Origin: Candidatus Aminicenantes bacterium
GTDB lineage: Bacteria > Acidobacteriota > Aminicenantia > Aminicenantales > Saccharicenantaceae
DNA length: 64,000 nucleotides
NCBI GenBank assembly: GCA_963773685.1
Contig: CAVZBY010000006.1
Coordinates: 24,710-88,709 of the forward strand
Reading direction: 5' to 3'
The notes under the pieces: model-generated
What the model was told of the DNA's origin: nothing
The model's database searches: none
Seen by the model: only the letters and a program-made list of their open reading frames with translations
Shown: positions 36,705 to 48,447 of the stretch, piece by piece
Position numbering within the stretch: position 1 is the stretch's first letter
How the letters are laid out: each line of letters starts with the position of its first letter
Program-made: the position numbers and the translations under genes

Positions 36705-37169
36705 TCAATCCTCGGTGAGGACGCGCTTGTCGTATTCGGTCTCGAGCTTGAGCTTGTGGAGCTTCTCCTGGACGGCGAGGAGCTCGAAAAGCCTCCGGTC
36801 CTCCGTCCGCCCCGCGCGCGCCGCAAGCCCGGCGTAGAGCCGGGCCGCCCGCTCTTCCTTCCGGGCGGCGAAGATCAGCGCATCCTGGAAGCTCATGTCC
36901 GGATGCGGCGGCTCGGCCTGCAGGCCATCCGTGATGCCGAGGTCCTCGACCGCGGCGGGCTCGACGAACGCGGCCCCGACGGGGTCCAGGCCTTCGAGGA
37001 GCCTTTTGTGCTCGCGCTCCTCGTCCCTGAGCTCGCGGAAAAGCTCTTTCAGCCCGGGCGTTTCGGCGGAGGCCATCATATCCGCGTAGCCCGCGGCCGC
37101 TTCCTCTTCGCGGACCACGGCGAACGCGATGATGCTTTCGAAATTCAGAGACGGCGCGACGTTCGTCAT
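36705..37169 (-). CDS. Ferritin-like (rubrerythrin-family) protein
   Basis: FAVVREEEAAAGY, EEREH, ARKEERAARLY, QEKLH. Confidence 0.8.
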   Translation of the reverse strand: MTNVAPSLNFESIIAFAVVREEEAAAGYADMMASAETPGLKELFRELRDEEREHKRLLEGLDPVGAAFVEPAAVEDLGITDGLQAEPPHPDMSFQDALIFAARKEERAARLYAGLAARAGRTEDRRLFELLAVQEKLHKLKLETEYDKRVLTED

Positions 37170-37196
37170 GATGGCCCTCTTCCTGCGGACGGAATC

Positions 37197-37224
37197 ATTA
37201 TAAGGTAAACCGGAGGCAAGTCAA
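37197..37224 (-). promoter_or_regulatory. sigma70 promoter of the ferritin-like/rubredoxin operon
   Basis: TTGACT-N16-TATAAT on the minus strand. Confidence 0.65.
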
Positions 37225-37440
37225 ACCCTCGCCAGCCTCGGTATGAACACCGAGGCACGTATGGGGTTAGTCCTGAGCTGCAGCGAATGGGCAAACCCTC
37301 GCGCCGCGGCATGAATGCCGTACGCGCACGGGGTTAGTCCTGAGCCTCTCTTCTCGCCGGGCCCTTCACGGCGGGGCAGACGTCAGCGAATGGGCAAACC
37401 CTCGCCAGCCTCGGTATGAATGCCGGGGCTTGCCCGAGGC
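37222..37440. repeat. Array of three REP-like structured repeat units
   Basis: CAAACCCTCG at 37222, 37292 and 37395; GGGGTTAGTCCTGAGC twice; CAGCGAATGGG twice; each unit has a hairpin around ATGAA. Confidence 0.85.
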
Positions 37441-37456
37441 GCCCCGTCCCGGGCCC

Positions 37457-39620
37457 TCACAGCCGGCTGAGCTCGATGAGCTTCTCCTTGACGAGCGAAT
37501 TGCGCTTGACGGGCTTGTCGTTCTTGACAGCGATGTAGAGCGCCTTGTAGGAGCCGACGACGACGCTCAGCTTCTTGGCCCGGGTCAGGGCCGTATAAAA
37601 GAGGTTGCGCTGGAGCATGATGAAGTGCTGGGTCAGGAGGGGCATGACCACGGCCTGGTATTCGCTGCCCTGGGCCTTGTGAACGGAGACGGCGTAGGCG
37701 AGGACGAGGTCGTTGAGATCGTCCTTCTCGTAGAGGACGGACCTTCCCTCGAAGTCCACGACGACGCGGAGACGCGGCCCGTCGACGTGAACGACGATCC
37801 CGATGTCCCCGTTGAAGGTCTCCTTCTCGTAGTCGTTGCGGACCTGCATGACCTTGTCGCGGACGCGGAACTCGCGGGCCCCCCACTTGAGCCCTTCCCG
37901 GAGAGGATTGAGCCTCTGCTGGAGCTCCAGGTTCAGATTGTCGACGCCGCAGAGGCCCTTGTACATCGGGCTGATGACCTGGATCTCCGGCGACAGGGCG
38001 GGGATACGGAGCCATCGCGGGATCCGCGTCTGGCAGAGGCTGACGATGGTCTCGAAGGCCTTGCGCTCGTCGTCCTGCCGGATGAAATAGAAATCCGATT
38101 CCTTCGTGCCCTTCGGCGGATAGACGAGCCCCTGGCCCTGGTTGACGCGGTGGGCGTTGAGGACGATGTAGCTCTCCTTGTCCTGCCGGAAGATCTCGTC
38201 GAGCCGGACGACGGGCACGGTCCCCGACTCGATGATGTCGCGGAGCAGGGTCCCCGGCCCGACCGACGGCAGCTGGTCCTTGTCGCCGACGAGGACGAGG
38301 CGCATCGCCTCCGGCACGGCCTTGAGAAGGTGGTGCATGAGCGGCAGGTCCACCATCGAGAATTCGTCGATGACCAGGGCCTCGCCCTGAAGGGCGTTCC
38401 CCTCGTTGCGCTTGAACGTCCCCTTCTTGGGCTGGAATTCGAGGACGCGGTGGATCGTCCGGGCGTCCTGGCCCGTCGTTTCGGACAGCCTTTTGGCCGC
38501 CCGCCCGGTGGGCGCCGAGAGAACGACGGCCTTCCCCCACCGGCGGAAGATGTCGGTCACGGCCCTGATGATGGTCGTCTTGCCGGTCCCCGGGCCGCCG
38601 GTGATCACCAGGACCTTCTTCCGGAAACAGGAAAGGACGGCCAGCCGCTGGGCCGGCGAGAGGACGAGCCCGAGGTCCTTCTCCGCGTCGGCCACGGCGT
38701 CCTCGAGGTCGAACGGCGGCGGCAGGCAGGCGACGGACGCGAGATCATGGAAGGCCCGGACGACTTCGTCCTGGGCGACGTGGAACGACGGGCGGTAAAG
38801 GGCGCGGTCGGCGCCCAGGGGGTCGCGGGACGAGCTTCTTCCTGGCCGAGAGGGCGGCCAGGGCCGCGTCGAACTTCGGATCGTCCGCCCCGATATCTTC
38901 GAGACATCGGGCCCGGACCTCGCTTTCGAGGGAAAAGATGTGTCCCTGTTCGTTGTCCTTTTCCAGGAGGTAAAGGATGTAGGCCTTGACCCGTTCGGGG
39001 GAGCCGGGGTCCATCCCGAGCTTCAGGGCCAGCTGGTCGGCCGTCTTGAACCCGACGCCCCAGATGTCCAGGCTGAGCTGGTAAGGGTTCGTCCGGAGGA
39101 CGTGAAAGGCCTTGTCCCCGTATTGGCGGTGGATCTTGGTGGCCAGATTGGTGGAGACGCCGTGCTCCTGGAGGAAGATGATGAGGTCCCGGATGTCCTG
39201 ATGCTCTTCCCAGGACCGGCGGATCTCCCGGTATTTGACGGGACCGACGCCTTCGACCTTTTTCAGCTTTTCGGGCTTGTCGGTCAGGACGGCGATCGTC
39301 CCGGCGCCGAACTTCCGGACGATGCGCTCCGCCAGCACGGGCCCGATGCCCTTGATGAGTCCCGAGGCGAGGAACTTCTCGATGCCCTGGACCGAGGCCG
39401 GCAGGGCCAGCGAGAAGCTCTCGACGTGAAATTGTTTTCCGAACTTGGGATTGACCTCCCACTTGCCCTTGAGCTTCAGGACCTCCCCGGGAGAGAGGGG
39501 CGGGAACGACCCGACGATGGTCACCGGCTTCGGCCCTCCGGCGGCGAAGCGGCAGACCGCATAGCCGTTCTCCGGATTGTAGAAGACGATCTGTTCGACG
39601 GTGCCTTCCAACTGCTCCAT
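37457..39620 (-). CDS. recD2: RecD2-like SF1B helicase (frameshift near 38800)
   Basis: IEKFLASGLIKGIG, NPYQL, GVGFKTAD; TGGPGTGKTT, APTGRAAKRL, DEFSM, GDKDQLPSVG, AYAVSVHKAQGSE. Confidence 0.92.
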
Positions 39621-39642
39621 GGGCCGCCTTGCGTTCCTTTAT

Positions 39643-39671
39643 ATTCTAAAGGAACGGCAGGGGCGAGACAA
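39643..39671 (-). promoter_or_regulatory. sigma70 promoter of recD2
   Basis: TTGTCT-N17-TAGAAT; the -35 lies inside a GCGAGACAA repeat unit. Confidence 0.6.
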
Positions 39672-39767
39672 GCGAGACGGGCGGGACCGGCGAGACGCGT
39701 GCCCCGGCGGGGCGAGACCAGGGAGAAGAGCGCGTCTTGCCTTTCTCGCTGGTCCCGCTCGTCTCGC
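39663..39767. repeat. GCGAGAC/GTCTCGC repeat cluster A
   Basis: GCGAGAC at 39663, 39672, 39690 and 39712; inverted GTCTCGC at 39761. Confidence 0.75.
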
Positions 39768-39833
39768 GGGCCGCGGCCCCCCGGGGCCTCGGCCGATTGA
39801 CCCCCGTCCGCTTTCATGCTACTTTTCCTGCCG

Positions 39834-41486
39834 ATGAAGTTCCTCAAGGTCCTGGCGAACGCGCTCGTCTGCGCGCTCTTCTTTTCCGGGCTCATCGCCC
39901 TGCTCACCTATGATATCAACATCAACCTTCCCTTCGGGGCCGGCGCCTTCCTCCGGCTCGTTCTGGCCTCGGCGGTCGCCTACGGGCCGATCGTCGTGCT
40001 CGCCGTCGTGGCGCTCTTCTTCGTCGTCCAGTTCTTCTCCGGGCGGAAGATCGGCATCAAGGCCGTCTCGCCCTCCTTCCTGGCCGTGGCCTTCCCCCTG
40101 CTCATCGCCCTGTTCCTCTTCATCTTCTGGGAGAACCTGCGGTACTTCGCGTCGTTCTTCGATCCGGACCACGGGGCCCTCCTCCGCGCCCAGGGCATCG
40201 CGCTCGCGGCCCTCGCGGTCCTCGGCGCGGCGGCCCTTTACGCGTCGCGGCGCTACGGAAAGAAGCTCGTGCCCCTCGGGGTGTATTTCGCCCTCTTCGC
40301 CGCCGGAATGATCCTCCTGGCCGGGCTTCGGGCCCGGTTCCCCTCCCCGCGGCCCGGCGCGCGAACGGGCCGGTTCGAGGCCCGGACGATCGGAAGGAAC
40401 ATCCAGCTCCTGGGGCTCGAGGGAATGAGCCTCGATATCATCTTCCCCCTCATCGCCGAAGGCAAGCTCCCGAACTTCTCCTGGCTCGTCGACAACGGCA
40501 GCTGGGGACGGCTCGGAACGCTCGCCCCGACCGAGACCTTCCTGCTCGAGCGCTCGCTCGAGACGGGCAAGCGCCCGGCCAAACACCGCCAGCTCTCCCT
40601 GAACGCCTACGAACCGGTCCTCGAGGCCCCCCGGCTTGAGGTCACGCCGAGATACATCTTATTCCGGCAGATGGTCCGGCTCGGATTGCTGAACGTCCTG
40701 CCCAACGTCCCCCCTCCGGGCCCCGCGGACCTCGGCCGCATCTTCGAGGCCAACGGATCCAGCGCCCTGATCGTCGCGCCCGTCCCGGGCGAGACACACG
40801 GAGTTGCCGATCCCCCGTCCGGACGGGCCTTCAACCAGGTATTCAAGACGGACGGTACGGAGACGGGCCCTTTGCTGGCAACCGCCCGCAAGGCCTTCGC
40901 GCGGGACTGGGCCCTCGAGGAGGGAGCTTTCGCGGACAAGGGCCGCCGTCGCGCCCGGCTACTTCCATCTCCGTCTCGACGGGCTCAATACGGTCCAGGC
41001 GTTCTTCTACAAGTACAGCTTCCCCGAGCAGTTCGGGAACATCGCTCCGGAGGATATCAACCGCTACGGAACGGTGATCTCCCGATACTACGAATACTAC
41101 GACAGGTCGTCGGCAAGTACCTGGCCTCCCTGAAGGACGACGACCTGCTCGTCGTCTATTCGCCCTACGGCGTCGAGCCGCTCCCGCTTTGGAAGCGCTT
41201 CGTCGAATGGATCCTCGGGAACCCCGAGATCTCGGCCTACCACGAGGACCGGCCCGACGGCGTCGTGTTCTTCTACGGGAACGGGATCGGGAAGAGGAAT
41301 ACGGTCGAGGGGATGAGGATCGTGGACATCGCCCCGACGCTCCTCTACTACCTCGGCCTTCCCGTGGGCAAGGACATGGACGGGATCGTTCAGAGCCCGG
41401 TCTTCGTCGGGGACTTCACGGCCGAGAACCCCATCTTCTCCATCTCCTCCTACGAGGAATTCGAGTTCCGCACGCCGGGCCGGTAG
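39834..41486 (+). CDS. Membrane-anchored alkaline phosphatase/sulfatase-superfamily protein (compensating frameshifts ~40945-41110)
   Basis: About 5 N-terminal TM helices; LLGLEG...GKLPNFSWL..NGSWGRL; C-terminal GVVFFYG...RIVDIAPTLLYYLGLP...DMDG. Confidence 0.7.
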   Translation: MKFLKVLANALVCALFFSGLIALLTYDININLPFGAGAFLRLVLASAVAYGPIVVLAVVALFFVVQFFSGRKIGIKAVSPSFLAVAFPLLIALFLFIFWENLRYFASFFDPDHGALLRAQGIALAALAVLGAAALYASRRYGKKLVPLGVYFALFAAGMILLAGLRARFPSPRPGARTGRFEARTIGRNIQLLGLEGMSLDIIFPLIAEGKLPNFSWLVDNGSWGRLGTLAPTETFLLERSLETGKRPAKHRQLSLNAYEPVLEAPRLEVTPRYILFRQMVRLGLLNVLPNVPPPGPADLGRIFEANGSSALIVAPVPGETHGVADPPSGRAFNQVFKTDGTETGPLLATARKAFARDWALEEGAFADKGRRRARLLPSPSRRAQYGPGVLLQVQLPRAVREHRSGGYQPLRNGDLPILRILRQVVGKYLASLKDDDLLVVYSPYGVEPLPLWKRFVEWILGNPEISAYHEDRPDGVVFFYGNGIGKRNTVEGMRIVDIAPTLLYYLGLPVGKDMDGIVQSPVFVGDFTAENPIFSISSYEEFEFRTPGR

Positions 41487-41525
41487 CCCGACGGAACCTG
41501 GGAGACGCCCGGAACGGGACGGAGT

Positions 41526-42236
41526 CTAGTGGATGATCTTGAGCATCCGTCCCCAGCGGGCCCGGGGAAGGAAGCTCGCGAACTTGCGGAGCCGGTCCGA
41601 GACGGCCGTTCTTCTGCCAGGCGTCCCGTTCGGCCTTGTAGGAGAAATAGATGACCCAGGGCCGGCCCTTGATATTGTCGAGCGGCAGGAAGCCCCAGTA
41701 GCGGCTGTCGGCGCTGTTGTCGCGATTGTCTCCCATGGCGAAACAATGGCCGGGAGGGACGACGACCGGTCCGAAGTTGTCGCGGATGAGGTCGTCGTAA
41801 TGATAGGAATCGTTCCGGGAATAGACCTGGGTGTCGTTGTGGACCTTATAGGGCTCGTCGAGAGGCTTGTCGTCGACGAAGACCTGCTTGTCCCGGATCT
41901 CGACCTTCTCGCCTTCGAGCCCGATGATCCGCTTGACGAAATCCTTGTTCATCTCGCGGGGATACTTGAAGACGATGATGTCCTTCCGCTCGGATGGGCT
42001 TATGCGGGCAGGAGGACGCCTTCGAGCGGGAGGACCGGCCTCGCGTAGGCCATCTTGTTGACGAGCAGGAAATCGCCGATGAGGAGCGTCGGCTCCATGG
42101 AGCCCGTCGGGATCTGGAACGCCTGGACGACGAAGGTCATCACGAAGAAGACGAAGACGGCGGTCTCGGCGATGAGCTCGAAGTATTCCCTGACGACGCC
42201 CTTGTCGCTCTTCTTCTTCTTTTCTTTTCGGGTCAT
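41526..42236 (-). CDS. lepB: Signal peptidase I (frameshift near 42000)
   Basis: FQIPTGSMEPTLLIGDFLLVNK, FVKRIIG, GDNRDNSADSRYWGF. Confidence 0.95.
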
Positions 42237-42256
42237 GGGTCTTCGTTCGAAGCGTT

Positions 42257-42285
42257 ACTATAGCCCAAATCCCAAAAATCCTCAA
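42257..42285 (-). promoter_or_regulatory. sigma70 promoter of lepB
   Basis: TTGAGG-N17-TATAGT on the minus strand. Confidence 0.6.
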
Positions 42286-42295
42286 GTGAGGAAGC

Positions 42296-42423
42296 CAGGC
42301 TAAAGCCTGCGACTACATGTCGCTTGTCCCTCGCGCCCCGCTCGCCTCGCGTGTCCCGCTTATCCCGCCCGTCTTGCGCGCCCCCTCCCGTCTCGCGTGT
42401 CCCGCTTATCCCGCCCGTCTCGC
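42296..42423. repeat. CAGGCTAAAGCCTG palindrome followed by pyrimidine-rich GTCTCGC cluster B
   Basis: Palindrome at 42296-42309; exact 29-nt direct repeat at 42346-42374 and 42392-42420. Confidence 0.8.
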
Positions 42424-42424
42424 G

Positions 42425-42457
42425 CATTTGAGCCGCGCATTGGGCGCGGCTCAAATG
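42425..42457. repeat. Perfect 14-bp inverted repeat
   Basis: CATTTGAGCCGCGC-ATTGG-GCGCGGCTCAAATG, abutting TTGACA at 42458. Confidence 0.8.
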
Positions 42458-42492
42458 TTGACATGCGGCGGCGTTCGGTCTTTACTAAAACC

Positions 42493-43529
42493 GTGAACAT
42501 CGTCCTGTTCGGCTATCAGGGTGCCGGAAAGACGACCCTCTTCCGCCTGCTCACGGGCGCGGAATCCGGGACGGGGGCCCGCGGAGACGGCAGGCAGGAG
42601 CCGCACGTCCGCGCCCGGACGCTCCCCGACGAACGGCTCGACGCGATCGCCGGCCTCTATCCGGAGAAAAAGAAGGTCCCCGTGACGGTGGAGTTCACGG
42701 ACCTCGCGGGCGCCTCCCTCGGCGAGGTCAAGGACGCGGCCGTCTTCGATCGTCTCCGCAAGGCCGACGGCCTGGTCCACGTCGTCCGGGGATTCCGGGA
42801 CGCCTCCCGGCCCCACCCGAAGGGGCGGATCAGCCCCGCGGACGACATCCGATTCATGGAGGAGGAGCTCGCCCTGGCCGACCTCGCCGCGGCCCACGCC
42901 CGGCTCGAGAAGCTCGAGAAGGACCTGAAGAAGATGAAGGACCCGGAGTCCGAAAAGGAGAGGGACCTCCTGGCCCGGCTCACGGCCTCCCTCGGGGAGG
43001 GCCGGCCCCTCCGCGCCTTCCCCTTCTCGCCCGGAGAAGAGAAGCTCGTGCGGAGCTTCGCTTTCCTGAGCCTCAAGCCCCTCCTGCACATCGTCAACGT
43101 CGATGAGAAGGACCTCGCCGGGCCCGCGGACGCGAGCCCCCTGACCTTCTGCGGCTCCATCGAATGCGAGATCCTGGAGCTCGCTGAGGACGAAAAGGAC
43201 GCCTTCCGGGCCGAATTCGGCCTCACCGAGCCCGGGGCGGCGAAATTCTTCCGGGCCCTTCCCCGGTTCCTGGACGTCCTCTTCTTCTATACCGTGGGCA
43301 AGGACGAGGTCCGGGCGTGGCCGCTCCGGAGGGGCGCCTCGGCCGTGACCGCCGCCGGCGCCATCCACTCCGACATCGAGAAGGGCTTCATCCGGGCCGA
43401 GGTCATCGCCTGGGACGAGCTCGTCCGGCGCGGCTCCCTCCAGAAGGCCCGGGACGCCGGGGCCATCCGGCTCGAAGGGAAGGACTACGTCGTCCGGGAC
43501 GGGGACGTGGTATACTTCCGGTTCGCCCA

Positions 43530-43533
<4 letters not shown>
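42493..43533 (+). CDS. YchF/OLA1-like NTPase (divergent)
   Basis: GAGKTT P-loop, PDERL, DLAG, LVHVVRGF, NVDE, C-terminal TGS domain AGAIHSDIEKGFIRAEV...EGKDYVVRDGDV. Confidence 0.85.
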
Positions 43534-44997
<1,464 letters not shown>

Positions 44998-45058
44998 CTC
45001 CGAGGCGGCCCGCCAGCGGCCGACGCCAGGGGAACCTCGACTCGCAAGCGAAGGGAAC

Positions 45059-46598
45059 ATGAAAAAAGGATTGCAGTGGAAAGCCATCATCGTCGTCGCC
45101 GTCCTGGCCCTGGCCATCTTCCTGGCCTACCCGCCCAAGGACAAGATCAAGCTCGGCCTGGACCTCAAGGGAGGCATCCATCTGGTCCTCCAGGTCCTCA
45201 CCGAGGACGCCATCAACATGGAGACCGACCAGGAGATCGCCCGGTTCGAGGAGCTGTTCAAGAAGAACAACATCACCTTCCAGACGGCCGCCAAGGAGCG
45301 GCCCGGCCGGTTCGTCTTCTCCGGGACCGTCCGCCGACCAGGAAGGCAAGACCCGGGACCTCATCGACCAGTACACGCAGGGACTGGGATTACGCCTTCT
45401 CCGGGGACAAGCTGACCTTCACCCTGAAGGCCCCGATCGTCCAGTTCCTCAAGGACCAGGCCGTCAACCAGGTCCGGGAGACCATCCGCAACCGCATCGA
45501 CCAGTTCGGCGTCGCCGAGCCGCTCATCCAGCGACAGGGCTCGGACCGGATCGTCGTCGAACTGCCCGGCGTCAGCGACCCCGACCGGGTCAAGGAGCTC
45601 ATCAAGGTCACGGCCGTCCTCGAGTGGAAGCTCGTCAAGGCCGGGCCGGCCCCGGACGAGGAGACGCTCCTCAAGGACTTCGGCGGCACCGTCCCCGAGG
45701 ACATGGAGATCGTCCGGGGCGATCGCCAGCCGCGGCGAGGCCGGCCTCTTCCTCGTCAGCCGGGTGGCCTCCGTCAGCGGCAAGGACCTCCGGATGGTCC
45801 GCCGGTCCGTCGACGAGTGGAACAATCCGGCCGTCTCCTTCACCCTGAACGCCGAGGGCTCGCGCCGGTTCGAGAAGGTCACGGGCGAGAACGTCGGCAA
45901 GCAGCTGGCCATCGTCCTCGACGGCAAGGTCCAGTCGGCCCCCGAGCATCAACCAGCGCATCTCGGGCGACGGCATCATCCAGGGCCGGTTCACCGTCGA
46001 GCAGGCCGAGGACCTGGTCGTCGTCCTCAAGGCCGGCGCCCTGCCGGCCGGCATCCGCTACCTCGAGGAACGGACGATCGGCCCGTCCCTCGGCGCGGAT
46101 TCGGTCCGCCAGGGCCTGATGGCCGGGCTCGTGGCCATCATCCTGATCATGACCTTCATGGTCTTCTTCTACAAGCTCTCCGGCCTCAACGCCGTCGCCG
46201 CCCTGATCATGAACGTCGTCATCCTGTTCGGGGCGCTCGGCTACTTCAAGGCCACCCTGACCCTGCCCGGCATCGCCGGCATCATCCTGAGCATCGGGAT
46301 GGCCGTCGACGCCAACGTCCTCATCTTCGAGAGGATCAAGGAGGAGCGGGCCGCCGGGAAGAACGTCCCGAGCGCCATCCAGCTGGGATTCTCGCGGGCC
46401 TTCAGCGCCATCTTCGACTCCAACCTGACGACGATCATCTCGGCCATCTTCCTCTTCCAGTTCGGCACCGGGACCATCAAGGGGTACGCGGTGACGCTGA
46501 TCATCGGTCTCGTCGCCAACATGTTCACGGCCGTCTTCGTCTCCCACCTGATCTTCGACGTGACCGTCCCGAAAACCGCCAAGAAGCTGAGTATCTAA
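45059..46598 (+). CDS. secD: Protein translocase SecD (frameshifted)
   Basis: [69 protein letters not shown]. Confidence 0.96.
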
Positions 46599-46599
46599 C

Positions 46600-47544
46600 A
46601 TGCAACTCTTCAAGAAACCCCCCACATCAACTTTATGAAGTACAAGTACGTGGCCCTGGCGGTCACGTTCGTCATCGTCCTGGCCGGCATCCTGAACATC
46701 ACGGTCTTCCACGGCCTGAAGCCCGGGCGTCGACTTCGGCGGCGGGACGCTCATCCGCGTCGAGTTCAAGAGCCCGACCTCGATCGGCCAGGTCCGCGAA
46801 CGCCCTGGCGGACGTCGGCCTCGGCGGGAGCACGATCCAGGAGACCGGGAAGAAGGGCCATGAGTTCCAGGTCCGGACGACGCAGTACGTCAAGGGCGCC
46901 GACGCCCAGCAGGAGCTGGAGGCCCACGAGAAGCTGGCGGACAAGGTCATCGAAGCCCTCCGCGGCGGCTCGCCCGACAAGCCTGACCGTCGTCAGCCGC
47001 GAGACCGTCGGCCCCCAGGTCGGCAAGGACCTCCGGAAGAAGGCCACCCAGGCGACCATCTGGGCCCTCATCGGCATGCTCATCTACATCGCCGTCCGGT
47101 TCAAGCTGGAGTACGGCGTCGCCGCCATCTTCACCCTGACCCAGGACGTCCTCATCACGATGAGCCTCTATTCGTTCACCAACCGCGAGATCAACCTGCC
47201 CATCATCGCCGCGCATCCTGACCATCGTCGGCTTCTCGATCAACGACACGATCGTCATCTTCGACCGGGTCCGCGAGAACTCCAAGATCTACCGCAAGGA
47301 ATCCCTCGAGCAGATCATGAACCTCAGCCTCAACCAGACGCTGGGCCGGACGATCATCACCTCGGGCACGGTCTTCCTGACCCTCCTGGCCCTGTATCTC
47401 TTCGGCGGCGAGGTCATCAACGACTTCGCGTTCATCATGCTCATCGGGACGATCGAGGGCGTCTACTCGACGATCTATCTGTCCTGCCCGGTCGTCCTCT
47501 TCTGGCAGAAGGCCTTCAAGACAAAAAAAGGCTTCCGGAGATAA
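46600..47544 (+). CDS. secF: Protein translocase SecF (frameshifted)
   Basis: GVDFGGGT, ETVGPQVG, GFSINDTIVIFDRVREN, QTLGRTIITS, GVYSTIY. Confidence 0.95.
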
Positions 47545-47551
47545 ATTTCCC

Positions 47552-47580
47552 TTGATAAAAGCGAATTTTTCTTCTATACT
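47552..47580 (+). promoter_or_regulatory. sigma70 promoter of tonB-exbB-exbD
   Basis: TTGATA-N17-TATACT. Confidence 0.7.
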
Positions 47581-47620
47581 GTTTCTTACGGAAAAATACT
47601 TCTGTGCGTGAGGTATAAAA

Positions 47621-48400
47621 ATGGCGGAAGTCAAAAAGCCGAAACCCCAGGAAACGAGATCCCCGAGCTCTTCAAGGACTCCTTCTTCAAGAGCGAAACG
47701 GGCTCCAAGAAGAAAGCCCTCGCGTTCCCCATCGCCCTGTTCTTCCACGTCGCGTTCGTCGCTCGCCGTCATCGTCATCCCGCTGCTCTCCACGGCCACC
47801 CTTCCGACCGTCGAGGTCTATAGCGCCTTCCTCGCGCCCCCGCCGCCCCCCCCGCCTCCCCCGCCGCCGCCGGCCAAGAAGCGCGCCTCCTCGCAGGCCA
47901 AGACCCGCATCAAGCCCGTCCAGGCCTCCGCGACCATCGAGCCCGGCCGGCTCGTCGCCCCCGTCGACATCCCCGAAGAGATCGCCGAAGAACAGCTGTC
48001 CGACATCGGCATCGAAGGCGGCGTTGAGGGCGGCGTCGAAGGCGGCGTCGTCGGCGGCGTCCTCGGCGGCGTCGTCGGCGGCGTCCTCGGCGGCGTCGTC
48101 GGCGAGGTCGAAGCCCCCGTCCGGGCCATCGGCGAGATCAAGGCCCCCAAGCTCATCAAGCAGGTCGACCCGATCTACCCCGAGATCGCCCGCCAGGCCC
48201 GGGTCGAGGGCGTCGTCATCATCGAGGCCACGACCGACATCTACGGCCGCGTCCAGGGCATCAAGGTCCTCCGCTCCATCCCCCTGCTCGACCAGGCGGC
48301 CATCGACGCGGTCCGGCAGTGGGTCTACGAGCCGATGATCATCAACGGCCGTCCCCGGGGCGTCATCTTCACCGTTACGGTCAGATTCCAGCTCAAGTAA
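47621..48400 (+). CDS. tonB: TonB family energy transducer (compensating frameshifts near the N-terminus)
   Basis: Single TM, 11-Pro run, GGVx repeats, C-terminal YPEIARQARVEGVV...AVRQWVYEP...TVRFQL. Confidence 0.88.
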   Translation: MAEVKKPKPQETRSPSSSRTPSSRAKRAPRRKPSRSPSPCSSTSRSSLAVIVIPLLSTATLPTVEVYSAFLAPPPPPPPPPPPPAKKRASSQAKTRIKPVQASATIEPGRLVAPVDIPEEIAEEQLSDIGIEGGVEGGVEGGVVGGVLGGVVGGVLGGVVGEVEAPVRAIGEIKAPKLIKQVDPIYPEIARQARVEGVVIIEATTDIYGRVQGIKVLRSIPLLDQAAIDAVRQWVYEPMIINGRPRGVIFTVTVRFQLK

Positions 48401-48447
48401 TCAAAGCTAATCAATGGCTTTCGAGATTTAAAAGGAGGTATTTCAAC

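Noticed and set aside
37222-37440. CRISPR mini-array
   Set aside because: Only three units, the conserved part is split into blocks, the variable parts are self-complementary and unequal in length, and no cas gene is present.
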